Shown here one piece after another: positions 13,701 to 25,640 of a stretch of DNA of 64,000 nt (position 1 is its first letter; every line of letters begins with the position of its first letter). The DNA is from Takakia lepidozioides (Eukaryota > Plantae > Bryophyta), in NCBI GenBank assembly GCA_030704615.1, contig CM060732.1, forward strand, positions 47,554,001-47,618,000, given 5' to 3'. The notes beneath the pieces are model-generated. The model did no database searches and was not told the origin of the DNA. It saw only the letters and a list, made by a program, of their open reading frames with translations. The position numbers and the translations under genes are program-made.

Positions 13701-15269
13701 GATACTTTGGCGGTGTTCGACGTGGATATCCAGTACAAACCGGGACGAGACAACGTGGTGGCCGATGCTTTAAGTAGAAAGCAGCAGCTCTTGTTGGTGT
13801 ACAAGGGCGAGACGGCGCTCCAAAGGAAGATCCGGAAGGCTTGCCGGAAGTATGAGCTGGGGAAGTCCGTGATGCAGGACTTGAGGATGGGGGTTAAATC
13901 GCAGTTCCACTTGCAAAATGGACTGCTCCGGTATAAGCAAAAGCGTCTCTACGTGCCGAAGGGAGGGATCAGAGATAGCCTCTTGAGAAAATGCCATGAT
14001 AGCCCGCTTGCGGGCCACGGCGGAGCCAAGCGCACTGCGGCACTCTTGAAGAAAGAGTATTTCTGGCCCAAACTAAGGGAGGAGGCAGAGGAGTATGTCA
14101 AGACATGCACCACATGCCAACAAAACCGGAGCGAGTACAAAAAGCAAGCGGGGCTGTTACAACCCTTGCCAATTCCAGAGGGGACTTGGGAAAGCGTCTC
14201 GATGGATTTCATGACTGCTATGCCGCTGTCAAAAGGATTCGATGCAATCATGGTGGTGGTAGATAGGTTCAGTAAAATGGGCCATTTCATCCACACCAAG
14301 GAGACGGCAACGGCACAGGAGACAGGGCGACTTTACTTCGTCCACGTCTTAAAGCATCATGGAATCCCGAAGGATATTGTCTCGGACCGCGATCCAAAGT
14401 TTACGAGTAAATTCTGGAGAGCACTTTGAAAGAAGATGGGGACGAGGCTGAAGATGAGCACAGCCTTCCGACCTACGACCGACGGCCAAACAGAAAGGGT
14501 GAATTCCGTAGTGAAGCAGATCTTGCGGAATTACGTGTCGGCAGACCAAACAGACTGGGTGGAACGCTTAGATGCGGCAAAGTTCTGTTATAATAACACA
14601 GAACACTCCGCAACGGAAGTTTCCCCTTTCGTATTGGTCTATGGAAAAGCACCTCTGGTGCCGACAAGTTGGGCCGCCCAGGACGTTGAGGAACCGGCAG
14701 TAGCGGCGGTACTGGAAGAACGCGAGCGTTTGTTGAAGCTCGCAAAGTACAACATTGCCAAAGCTAGGAAACGGTATGAAAGGCAGGCGAATCGGAAGCG
14801 GAGGGAAGTGAAGTTTGAGGCAGGCACAGAGGTCTGGTTGAACATCAAGAATTTCCGACTACCTCCGGAAGTGAGTCCGAAGTTCGTACCTCCGTATGCG
14901 GGCCCCTTTCGCATTCGGAAGGTTATGAATGAGGATGTGTATGAATTGGAGCTGTCGGCAAACAGCAAGGTGCATCCTGTATTCCATGTCTCCCTTTTGA
15001 AGCCTTACTTCAAAGACGAAGCACGTCCGAATCGGCATCAAGTGTTGCGTCCGCCACCTATGCTGTTGGATCATGAAAATGAACCTGAGTACGAGGTGGA
15101 GGCAATACTTAAGTCAAGGAGGTTCAAGAACCGAGAAACGGAGTATCTCGTCAAATGGAAGGGCTATCATCATGTGGAGGCATCTTGGGTGCGTGCCTCA
15201 GAAATGGAAAACGCATCCGAGGCAGTTGCAGCGTTCGAAGGGCGACCTCAAAAGCGGAAGAAACGTTGA
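10708..15269 (+). pseudogene. gag-pol polyprotein with chromodomain, broken by stops and frameshifts
   Basis: Motifs: zinc knuckle [14 protein letters not shown], protease [16 protein letters not shown], RNase H TDASD, integrase H..H..CxxC, SMDF, SDRD, GPF, chromodomain EYEVEAIL...YLVKWKGY. Stops at 11054, 12856, 13593 and 14427. Confidence 0.95.
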
Positions 15270-16160
15270 TGGGGACATCAACCTTGGAGCGTGGGGGAGG
15301 AAATGCATGCTTAGCCCGGTTTAGCTAGCTCAGGAATCCGATTGCAAAAACTTGTATTGTACAAAAATTTGTTATAAAGGAAATGGGTTCCAAATATTGT
15401 GCGTCCTATTGTGTTTGGAATGGTGATGCATGGTGTGGTTGGCTAGTGTGTAGAATGCATGCTAGCTTACAAAAGTGGGAGAGGTAAATTGGGTTAATCG
15501 TGTGTTTGCGCAGTGCCGAAATCGGGTGACTCCCATCCAAGGGGCAAGGAAACTTGCGCCTTCTTTGGGAGTTCACGTGCTAGTGCGCACCTGGCGCGTG
15601 CGCGTACTATAACTGCGCTACCGAGGGGTTGCTTGTAGTGCGGGCTAACGCGGAAGCTACGTGCTTCCGTTCACGTACTATAATCGTGTAGCCTCGGGAC
15701 GAAGTCGTAGTGCGGCTTCGGCGTGTTCCCGTACCTCAGGCCAGCATTCCAAGGCGGACCCAATTGTAGTGATTGGGGCGCACGGTTGGTTCAAGGTTAT
15801 TTCCTAGTCAAAGAGGGTTCCAGGTGAACCCTTGCTCAAGGTGATGCCAAAAGCGGCATCATGAGCGATCGCAAGCAATATTGTTGCAGTAAGGCGATTC
15901 GATCCTCGGGGAGGATCGTTCCTTGGCCTTGAAGTAGGCCAAGAAGAGTGCACTGGGAGGAGCTGGAGAGGCTCCACCCTTGGCCGGGACTTGGAGGAAG
16001 TCGGCCGAACTAGCTAGTGGAGAGTAGAGTCAAGTGTGGGGTTTGGTTCTTTGCCATGGGACGCCATGGTATAGACACAAACTCCTTGATGTGGGACGCC
16101 ACAACTTGGATGTTCGTTTCTACAAAATGGACAAGTCGATGAGGACATCGACTCCCTGTT

Positions 16161-16172
16161 GGTAGGGGTGTG
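16161..16172 (+). promoter_or_regulatory. Polypurine tract
   Basis: GGTAGGGGTGTG immediately precedes the 3' LTR; the same tract precedes the LTR at 28344. Confidence 0.7.
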
Positions 16173-16895
16173 TGTCGCGGCCTTTGCCTTGAGGGCAGGG
16201 GTCGGGACACATGAGGAGCTGCCCCTGTGGTGGGGGTAGCGACAGCGATAGGTATGGGGGGCTGAAGCACCCTTGAGTGCCCAAGGCACTCAGGGAAGCG
16301 GAGGCGCTCACTAGGTGGAGCCCCGTACACCGGGTTGCGGTGGGGGTGGCTCCACAAGGGGTGGTGGTAGCTTAGTGGGACTTAGTGGGGGTGGCATAGG
16401 ACTCACCATGGGGGCGGAGACCTCGTGGTGGGAGTCGTGGGAGTCTTGGGACTCATCACGGTCCATAGGGGCCGTGGTGAGCGGGCCAAGACTCACCGCG
16501 ACTCACCACCGGGAATCGAGGGTCTTCGTGGTGGTTCGCCATAAAATGGCATGGCTGGTTGTGAAACCCCCGCGGACAGCTACAGAAGTATATATAGGGA
16601 GTAGTAACCCCGAGAACGGTGCAAGCCCGTTGGTGACCAAAAACTAGTGAGTAAGCGAGCGAGCCGGAAAGCGACCAAAGAGTGAGGAGCTGTTCCGGAC
16701 TGCCATCTACCAAAGGGAATTCCACTAGGCCCAAATAGGTGGAGGGTCTTTCGGGAGAGCGAAGGGGGACCGTTATGTCCCGGTGAGCAGCCGAAGCTCC
16801 AAGTTGGCCCGACGGCCGGTTGGGAGTCAGGCGCGCGCATCAAAGCGAGTAACTATGACTTGAGGGGGGAGCTTACCGAAGTGAGGTGCGCGACA
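16173..16895 (+). repeat. 3' LTR (TGTCGCG...CGCGACA)
   Basis: 7-bp terminal inverted repeat, followed by the TSD CTCTC. Confidence 0.95.
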
Positions 16896-17673
16896 CTCTC
16901 CCTCTCCCTCTTCTCCCTCTCCCTATCCCGCTCCTTCAGCAACGCCAATTCATCCCTCATGGTCTTCTGTGCCTCCAAGACCTCGGTAAATTCATTCCTC
17001 TCCATCTTTAGCTCGACCAAAAGGGACTGTTCGGAATCCATTGAGATGGCTCGCAATGGAGACCCAAGGGGTCTCATCGTGATATTGTCCCTGCCCAGAG
17101 AGGCCAGAACCCTCCTTACCCGATCAGAAGAGAACTTCTTAGCTGTTCCAACCTGTCCCGTCACGAATTTTGTGAGGGTGTGCCGCTGAGTCTTTGGTGG
17201 TGGCTAGGCTTTGGTCCGTTCACTTGGAAGGAGACCTTCGCCTTCTTTGCACGAAACGCAAAAGGGTCATTCTCATCCCCACCTACAAAAAAATTACAAA
17301 ACAACCAACGATAAACTAAATTAGGACATATATAGGTCACAAAGTATGGAATAAAGGAAATATATAAAGTAAAGCTTGTGACCTAGAGTCTTTTAAAGGC
17401 CTTTTAAAGTCATGCAAAAGTAAAAGTCTTTTTACCTGTTGCGGAAGCTTTCTCCTTCCGGCCCGCCATCTCAACTACTTATTCTTCCCAGTTCCAGGAA
17501 CAGGCAACCTGCACAGTTTAAAATCATAAAATTTGGGGGCCTCTCCGTAACCTCTGCAAGTACAGTGGACTGCATACCACGCCTACTACAATGCCATGAG
17601 AAGAAGGACAGGCAGGGAGTTCTTTGTGTCGCTGAGAAGAAACGAGAGGGCTCAAGAGAGAAGTATTGGTCGA

Positions 17674-20159
17674 ATGGGGCGGCCGCCATTGCTGGGCTTG
17701 CATGCACCCCTACACCATCTTCTTACAACCAGTTTCCGTCTCGGATCCCTGCTTTCCTTGAACTCCGGTTTGCATGACCACCCAACGTCTTCTTCACTAT
17801 GTTTCCATTGTGTTGCTGCAGCAGTGCCTGCCTCCTTCAAGGTGCCCTTGAATAGATTTCTAAGCCACACGCAGAATGGGCAAGAAGACAATGTTTCTAA
17901 TACCAGCTGCAGCAGTGAAGTGCCGAATGCAAGCAGCAGCAACGAAAGCGCCGTTGGGGTGGTCGATTTTCTTGGCTTAAGCGAGCGCGAGCTGCTTCTT
18001 CAGTGTAAAATGGATACGTATCGACCATCTGGGCCTGGTGGGCAGCACCGAAACAAGACCGAGAGTGCAGTCAGGCTCCGACACCGTCCCACGGGTCTGG
18101 TTTCACAGGTGTGGTCCGTCTTTCTTTCTTCTTCGTTGCATCTTTATCAATTCCACCTTTTTTCTGTTGTGGAGTGGTTTTTTCTGCTGTTTGTCTCAGT
18201 ATATGGGATGATGTGAAAGATTTGAGCAGAATTTAGATTGTTTACAAGAAATTTCCCCGATAAGCGTATCCATGCCAAAGGGGTAGGGGTCGGATGACTG
18301 CACTTTAACTTAAGTCTGTAGGCTATTTACAAATTTTGGGAACCTTCTCCTATTTTGTAGGGCACATCCAGCGGTTTAAGGATCAGAGATGTTGGAGCTG
18401 TTTTATTGGGTTGTTTGTGAGTGTAATCTGGCAAGTAGGCACCATTGAAATGCACAGCTCTACAAGCCTGAGGTCTCCTTACAATAAGGATGTCATGTCG
18501 GAGGTTGTCTTTTTTATTGGCTCGAAGAACCTGGGCTGGTTATTAATGAAGTGCATCTTGTGAACTGAAGTAATGATTGCAAAAAAGCAGGCATCAGAAG
18601 ACCGGTCGCAGCATAATAACCGAACTCTGGCTTTGAATCGACTGCGGCAGCTGATTGCTGTTGAAGGTGCTCACCTTTACATGCAGGAACATTTTGACTC
18701 ACGAACTGTGATCTGTTAAACATGATTGAGAAAGTATTTGCATCTACCATGCTGACTCCATTGCCTATTGTCCCTGTATTGGAAGGTTCCTTGTTGAGCG
18801 GGGGATTTTTGGGGTTAGTCAGGCAGCCTGTGGAGCTAGAAGGTTACAAAGCTCCCCCTGAGCTGCTGCGAATTCTACCTCCGGGCTCAAAGACAAAAAG
18901 AGAGAGGGAAGGAGTGCAGCAGATAGGCCCTAATCACCGCGATTTTGTGCTGGTACCCTGTTGTGTGTTCTGGATTCTATGTCTTTGTTTGCACATGTTA
19001 CACGCACTGTAGCTGGGAAGTTTCACTGTCTGTTTTTCTTACTGCGTCACACTGCTTCATTGTTAGCTGAGAGAGGGAGTTTGTCTGCAGCAGTGGCCTT
19101 ACAGGTAGTCTTGTGCATCCAGCATAGACTTTGGTTTGATGAGTCCGCTTCAAGATCTGAATTCATAGCGATTTTGTGCATTAGCAACACCGTATTTAGG
19201 ATGTAGATGGAAAAGTGATGGGAAGATTTGGCTAGAAACCGTGAGACATTCGACATGGATCCATCTCTGCATTACAGGGACTGCAGGCATTGCTGGACCT
19301 GCTGTGGATGGTTAATGGGTCTATCTCCGAGTCTGCTACACTGCTGGGGTCAGTTACCATATCCTGTAAACTCGACTAGTTCATGATGATGGCTAACAAT
19401 TGTTGTGACCTTGAGGCCTTAAGTTTCACAGTCCAAACCTGCATGTCTAAAAAGCCTCCTCCAGACATCCTGTATTCCCCATGAAACAGGGGGAGGCATA
19501 CTCTACGGAGTGTGAAGTTTATTCGAAGTGGGATTGTCTTGTTACTGAATGGGCTCAAAGCTTGCAGAGGGCCATGCTCTGCTTGGATCCTGGCGCCAAC
19601 CTGGTGCCTCAGGCCTGAACCGATACTCAACTGAATGATGACCTCGTAGGAGCTATGTGTGCAGTTGACTCTGAGTAGCTTCATTTCTAGAGTCGGTATT
19701 CTCCATCAGTGCTGTAATTTTGTAGATTTTCTGATCCTGTTTCATTGTGATCTTGTGGCATATTACGTCTACATTGGGGGTTCAAGATGTGCCTGGATTG
19801 ACCTGCAGGGTGAGCACCGGGGCACTTTCAAGGCTGATTGTTTCGGATAGGCTATTGTGGAACGCCGTCAACAATCTCCGAGCTTTAAAAGTAAGCGCTT
19901 TATGGCACTTTCTTATTTACAAAAAAGGACAGTTTCAGTAGAAACGTCCTCCACTAAAGTACATGTTACATATGTGTACACACGAAGGAAACGAAAGACA
20001 AAGGAGACAGGAGACAAGTGCTACATAATCTCCCTGCTGTGTGCAAGGTTAGTCTTAGGTTGCCTACACAATCAGCAGGAACACAGACACAGTTTTGTGT
20101 GTGTTGATACACTCTCTTGATATCCGTTGCAGAAGTTGAAGCCTCTACGTGGAACTTGA
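17674..20159 (+). CDS. GGQ release-factor family gene, copy 2; reading frame open but with substitutions next to conserved motifs ([14 protein letters not shown])
   Basis: Six GT-AG exons as in copy 3, ending KLKPLRGT*. An alternative in-frame ATG lies at 17596. Confidence 0.65.
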
Positions 20160-21444
20160 AGCTGTGGGACTGAACTGACAAGTTTCCTATATACACCAAC
20201 ATTCATTTTTCTCAGAGGCGGCTGAATCTGGACAAGGAAGCAACTTCTATGGTAGTAGAAATTTCCAAGAAGAATCCTCAAATATCCATCCACATGAGGT
20301 GGTGTCAACTTGCAGGAAGAAACACTTGCAGGTAGAAATGGCGGGGCTAAACCTTACTGCACGAAATCGTGTTTCCACTTGTCAATCCTTAGTGCTGGAC
20401 TAACCCACAAATATGGCAGTTCAGAATGTCTGCACATCACACTAGACCAGGTAGCCTAGTGGTTGAGTGTTTGTGCCTTGCTTGTGCATAACCTAGGGGA
20501 TCTAGGGTTGAAATGGTCCACTTTCCAATGGAAGCAGTAATCCTTGGGAATCCTTGGGGATGAAGAGACAGTATGATTTGCGCCTTTCCCGGGGAGGAGT
20601 CCTCTTTCTTTCTTGTGAGGTGACTTGAACCTGACATGCATGTGGGGCAATCATAGAAAATACTCCATGAGCGACCCAAGTGTACTAAACAAAACAAAAT
20701 AAGGGGCAAGACAAAACAATTAATTTCGGAAAAACATTAGGAGAAAAAACTGAATTAAAATAAATGAAAGGTTTTTAATGTTTTATTGTATTTGTAGTCG
20801 CCTTTTTGAATGTTTTTATATTCACTTTTTGGGGCCAACAAATTCATTTTCTCAGAAAAACAATCCATGAGATGGACTATACATGAAAATAATCAAAATG
20901 ATCTAGTTTACCTGTGTCACTATAGAAGATCCTTTCCCCGATCTCTTTAGCTTGTTCTGGAATAAACACATACAGCTGATGCTATGAGCACTCGCCTTTC
21001 CGTAGCACGAAAAACAAAAATATCCCATATGTGCTTGAGCCCTGTTCAAAAGTGACCACCCAATTGCCCTCCAAGATGGCTCATGCAATCCCTCCTCCAC
21101 CAACTTGAACTGATGGTGGTCTGAGCACTGGCCTATGCTGGAAGTGATTTCCCTATTTGTATAAAACAATCCTAACCCAGTCCAATACTAGACTAACATT
21201 TCAGAGATTAGAATCGGGGTATTGCTTCCTAGCCTGGAATAGAAGTGGCTTCTAGCTGTTCAAAGTCTGCCAAAAGTTGTCACCAATCTATGTTTTATGC
21301 CACTCACACCTGTACCTATTTCAAGGGTTGAGTCCAGCTCAGACATGAGCTACTTTGCATATTAACCAGTCAAATAAGGGATTGCACTGTACATTATCGG
21401 ATTGCTCTCAAGATTGCTCTCAAGATTAAACAAAGTGCTCACAA

Positions 21445-23228
21445 TTCATGAAAGAGGGTGATGGATAACCCGGTGCACTGTATCAAGTGTAAAATTTGCC
21501 CCCACAAATTGCTGGCCGTTGTAAAACGGCTGCAAGTCAATGATCCCATATTCGCAGGCCTGCGCACATGGAATGCCCCATTTAGTGAGCCTGTTTGGTA
21601 CTACAGCCATGAATGATTTCTACGGGATAATGTGCCAATGAAATGACTAAGGCGAACGACTTAGACACCTGTTTTCTCTTTGATATTTGTGCATTTGTCA
21701 GACTGACCCTACACGTTAAGTTGACTTGTTGGAATGACATGAAACTTAAAAGCTTCATATTATTTCTTGTTGCTTTGGGGCATGAGAATCATCACAGCAA
21801 TTCCGCAAGGATATACAGCCATTGAAGACATCACGGGAATACAGAGCTGTGTCCACCAGATACTACCATACAATTTCAGGGTATGTTCCAGTGGGCAGTG
21901 GGACTGCACCTTTGCTTCCACATCATCCATTTTGACCTCCACCTGATTCAGACGCACATTGGAACGTGACACCAGCTCTTCAAAACGCAGAGCATCGGCA
22001 ACAAGACCACGTAGCAAGTGCACCAACAGCTCATTGAAATCACGCTTGTATGTGATGTACTTCTTGAAACTCTGCAAATGGCACACTCACACCCATTTGG
22101 TGACATACCACTCTCATGAATCCAACAAGATTGAAAGACATTCACATTCGTGTCCCCAAAATCAGTTCACCCTTGATGGCATGAGTACGAGTTAGTTTGT
22201 GCACTCGCAACTCCAAGGGTTTTGCCTACAAACTAATACTGTCATCCATTGTCCAGAAGCACCTTGCAACCAGAAGGGAGAACTTTGATGCAAGATCATA
22301 GGGGTTGAAAGTTGAAAAGATCACTGTTGGCCCCCCACCTGCTGGGGCAGATGCTGTGTTCAGAGGAAACTGATGGCATACCTTCTGCAAAGCCTTCTGC
22401 ACCCCATACTTTTGAGTGGAAATAAAGGAGTCTAGTAGAACTCGGATGGCCATGTCCACATCATCCTCAATTACATAACTCCGCAAGTGCATGCGTGCAT
22501 GTGCCTCTGCCATCCGGATCATGGACTCAATGTGCCGCACTGCAATGGGCACTCCTTGCCCATGTTGTCCATCACAGATTACAAGTTAGATTCCAACAGT
22601 ATGGAACGACTTGGAACTCCATTAGAAAAAAAACGTACTTGACATATGAAAAACAAAGATGGGCACAGAAATGAAATGAAATAACGTCCACGGAAAGCTC
22701 ATAGAGCTTATGGGTCAAAACGAAAGAAAACATGAGAGAGGAAACAAAAACAGAGCCAAGAATTAAAACTATTGCTCGAGGGCGGAATAGACAGTGGAAT
22801 CTCCCACGGATCTCGTAGTATAGAGGGCAATAGAAGAAGAAGTGTTCTTCAGTTTCAATTTCCCGGTTGCACCCAAGCTGGACATAGGCGGTCCTCCCGT
22901 TGCAGGTTTTCCCATCTGCCAGTCTCTATCTGTAGGTTGTGGGAGCCCACCCTGAACTGCCCCAATGCTCTCAGGAGGGAAGGAGATAAAGATGCCGAAA
23001 GGTTATGGGCCTCAAGATTCTTTGGCAGCAGGAGGATTGAACAAAAAAGTAGCTTGAAAAGCTGGACTCTCCAATCAGCTGCTTCTTGAATCCACCAATC
23101 TCTCCTTACTAAAACCTAGGGTTACAAGTTCAAGCGGTTATTTCAATGTGGTGACATAGCATGGATTACACCAGAGCCATCTTGTCAAGGTCAGCATCTT
23201 GCAACCTTGGAAAGACCTGATTTTTTTG
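21445..23228 (-). pseudogene. MCM2: Duplicated MCM2 3' fragment (part of exon 15 to exon 18)
   Basis: Encodes [23 protein letters not shown] and SFKKYITYKRDFNELL. Exon 15 has a ~17-nt deletion and a mutated donor, and the exon 16 acceptor is CAG>CAA (22565). Confidence 0.92.
22670..23010 (-). mobile_element. RTEX-like LINE 3' fragment in the duplicated MCM2 intron
   Basis: Duplicate of 50295-50640 and homologous to 4310-4770. Confidence 0.7.
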
Positions 23229-24725
23229 CTGATCAGCCCAAAACCAATGGCCAGCTTCTCACTGTGGTGGCAAAGAGAAAATTCCTTTTGCTCCTCCCCC
23301 ACAACATGCAATACAAAGCGTATGTCAGGCACATACCCTGCCTCTTTTGTCTACAAACAAAGGTGTGCACCCTGTTGCCAACCTCAATGTAGCAGTGACC
23401 TGGCTCCTTTCTAGCCCCTCTGACCTTCATCATTTTTCGTGCCTTTGCACTATCGTCCCACTTGCCAGCTGCAACATAGATGTTTGATAGCAACACATAA
23501 GTGGCAGCATCCTGTTCATCCCACTTGAGAATATATGTTGTTGCACGTTCAGCCATCTCCACATTGCCATGGATTCTGCAGGCACTAAGCAAGGCCCTCC
23601 AAACCATAGCATTTGGTTTCATTGGCATTTTGTTAATAGCTCCTCTGCCTCATCCAATTGCCCCATATGTCCAAGAAGGTCCACCATGTAGCCAAAGTGC
23701 TTTATTGTCGGAGAGACATCATGATGTTGACTCAGGGAATCAAAGTTGCGTCTTTCATCATCCAGTAGGCCGGTGTGGCTGCATGCAGAGAGAAGACATA
23801 TAAAGGTGATAATGTCCAGCTTCAAGCTTTCCGTTTGCATTCCTTCATAATATAGTTGCAGGGCTTCCCTATGACAACCATGCTGGGCATATCCTGCAGT
23901 CATAGCATTCCAGGACGCCACATCTCGATTGGCCATATTGTTGACCACTCCATTTGCATCCTCCATGCTCCCACATTTGGCATACATGTCCACGAGGGCA
24001 TTATTTAGAGTGAAATTTGGTACAATACCAGCTCTGACGATGTCACCATGGACCTCTTTGCCCTTTTCCAAGGCTGCCACCCTTGCACATGCATTGCAAA
24101 CACAAAAAAAGGTGATGTGGTTGGGCTTCACCTCTTCCTGCATCATTTGCTCATATGTCTGCAAAGCCTCAGTCCCGCGCCTTGCTGTGCATATCTTGCA
24201 ATCATTGCGTTCCACGACACCACATCACGTTCAGCCGTAGTGTCAAACACTCCCTTTGAATCTTCAATGCTCCCACATTTGGCATACACGTCCACAAGGG
24301 TACTATGCAGAATAACCTCTGGTACACTTCCAGCTTTGATGATGTCACCATGGACCTCTTTGCCCATTTCGAGAGCTTCCAAGCTTGCACATGCCTTGCA
24401 AACACAAACAAACGTGATGCGGTCGGGCTTCACCCTTTCCCAGATCATCTGCTCAATGCATCTTCAATGCTCCCACATTTGGCATACATGTCCACTAGGG
24501 CAGTGTTCGGAATGACGTCTGGTACTATTCCAGCTTTGACGATATCACCATGGACCTCTTTGCCCTTTTCCAAGGCTGCAAGGCTCGTACATGCATTGCA
24601 AATGCAAACAAACGTGATATGGTTGGTATTGACATTTGCTCATAGGTCTCCACCTGGGGGTCTCCAAAGCCTCCGTCCCAGACCGTGCTGTGCATATTCT
24701 GCGATCATCGCGTTCCATGATACCA
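23228..24725 (-). pseudogene. PLS-class PPR protein with E/E+ and truncated DYW domain; frameshifted and lacking both ends
   Basis: Repeated VDMYAKCGS..DA / VSWNAMIA.YAQHG units, the E domain WRALLSACRIHGN...YVLLSNIY, the PG box KEPG..YIEV, and GYVPD...[15 protein letters not shown]. It stops before the CxxC motif. Confidence 0.92.
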
Positions 24726-24729
24726 TTCC

Positions 24730-25640
24730 ATCGCGTTCCATGGAATGTGAACGCCCTCGTTGCGTAGGGACGTGTTTGGAAAGCATGGAGACAACTGCTG
24801 TACGAGGAAATGCATGATGAGGGAAATGCATGATGAGGGTAGCAAAACCCTCGATTGGGGTGGCCATGTATGTGACGACGTGGCATACATCTGAACGTCA
24901 AGTCCTTTGCTCAGATTTGCCATTTGAAATTTGAATACCAGTCAGAATAATTTTCGAATCATGCATAATTTCATGAATGCATGATGTATGCTTGGGATAG
25001 CATGTACTATGTTGGATGCAGGACGATGGCAGGCATGAGGGCAGGACGCCAGTTGGATGTTCAGCAAACGACTGTGCCTGATTCAATGCTTCCACCCTCG
25101 TCAATTGCCTGCTGAAAGCACCCAGCAGCTTTCTTGAAAAAACTGGCATGGCCAGGGCATGCGTCAGGTCCCCGCAGCGGGCACATGAGGCGCGGGGGGC
25201 GTGCCGCGCGGTGTGTGGGCGATGGAGGAGGGGGTGCACTGCAAGTTATGTGGTCTACTACCACGTGGCAGCAGTGCTGCTCGTCGTGGCGCCGCCACGT
25301 CGGCGTCCACATCTGCGTCCACGTCCGCGTCCATGTGTCACCGCGCTTCGGTGAGTCGGTCCACTCATCCGGAGGGAAAAGTCAAAGTCAGGCCAAAAGT
25401 CAGACACACGGGTGGCCCGCCTGGTTACGCCACGTGGTTCTTCAACATTAATCCCATTAATCGCTGAGCAGTTGTTCGCGCGTCTGCGTCCTTTACTACT
25501 CCAATCATTGGATGTTCAACCCAACTACCACGTCTGTTGTAACTAGTCGTTTGTAACTTCCAGTCGATCCCAGTTTTTTGACTTTTACGACTCAAAATGA
25601 GTCGTTACCCCAGTGGTAAATGACACGAATGCTTCTAGTG
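24730..25640 (+). mobile_element. Terminus of a probable CACTA (En/Spm) DNA transposon abutting the gypsy relic
   Basis: Ends GAATGCTTCTAGTG (reverse complement CACTAGAAGCATTC) exactly where gypsy homology starts. Subterminal ACGACT/AGTCGT motifs include the hairpin ACGACTCA-AAA-TGAGTCGT at ~25587-25605. Confidence 0.55.

Larger units (their letters stand above)
9928..16895 (+). mobile_element. Full-length but degenerate Ty3/gypsy chromovirus LTR retrotransposon
   Basis: Two ~725 bp LTRs, a 5-bp TSD CTCTC (9923-9927 and 16896-16900), an iMet PBS, a PPT, and gag-PR-RT-RH-IN-chromodomain order. Confidence 0.97.
9400..17469 (-). pseudogene. Orphan coiled-coil gene, copy A, split by the Ty3/gypsy insertion (parts 16901-17469 and 9400-9927)
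   Basis: Removing 9928-16900 rejoins ...DELALLKERDREREKRERE to REKSFDLMKTDLKV...FYQLFRQVFGIAVSDM, collinear with the uninterrupted copy at 44227-45165. Confidence 0.7.
16901..23228. repeat. Direct segmental duplication of ~44600-50874 (orphan gene, RF gene and MCM2 3' end); extends back to ~9538 on the other side of the LTR element
   Basis: Collinear ORF pairs (17439/45135, 19376/47062, 21760/49383, 22226/49950). Homology stops at GACCTGATTTTTT(T)GC (23228 vs 50874). Confidence 0.95.

Noticed and set aside
15575-15980. Hammerhead or other ribozyme in the retrotransposon 3' region
   Set aside because: No CTGANGA...GAAA core or other catalytic consensus is visible.
25598-25640. Helitron 3' end (hairpin followed by CTAG|T)
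   Set aside because: The equivalent target in the intact gypsy copy is G^T rather than A^T, and the TAGTG end plus subterminal repeats fit CACTA better. Not fully excluded.
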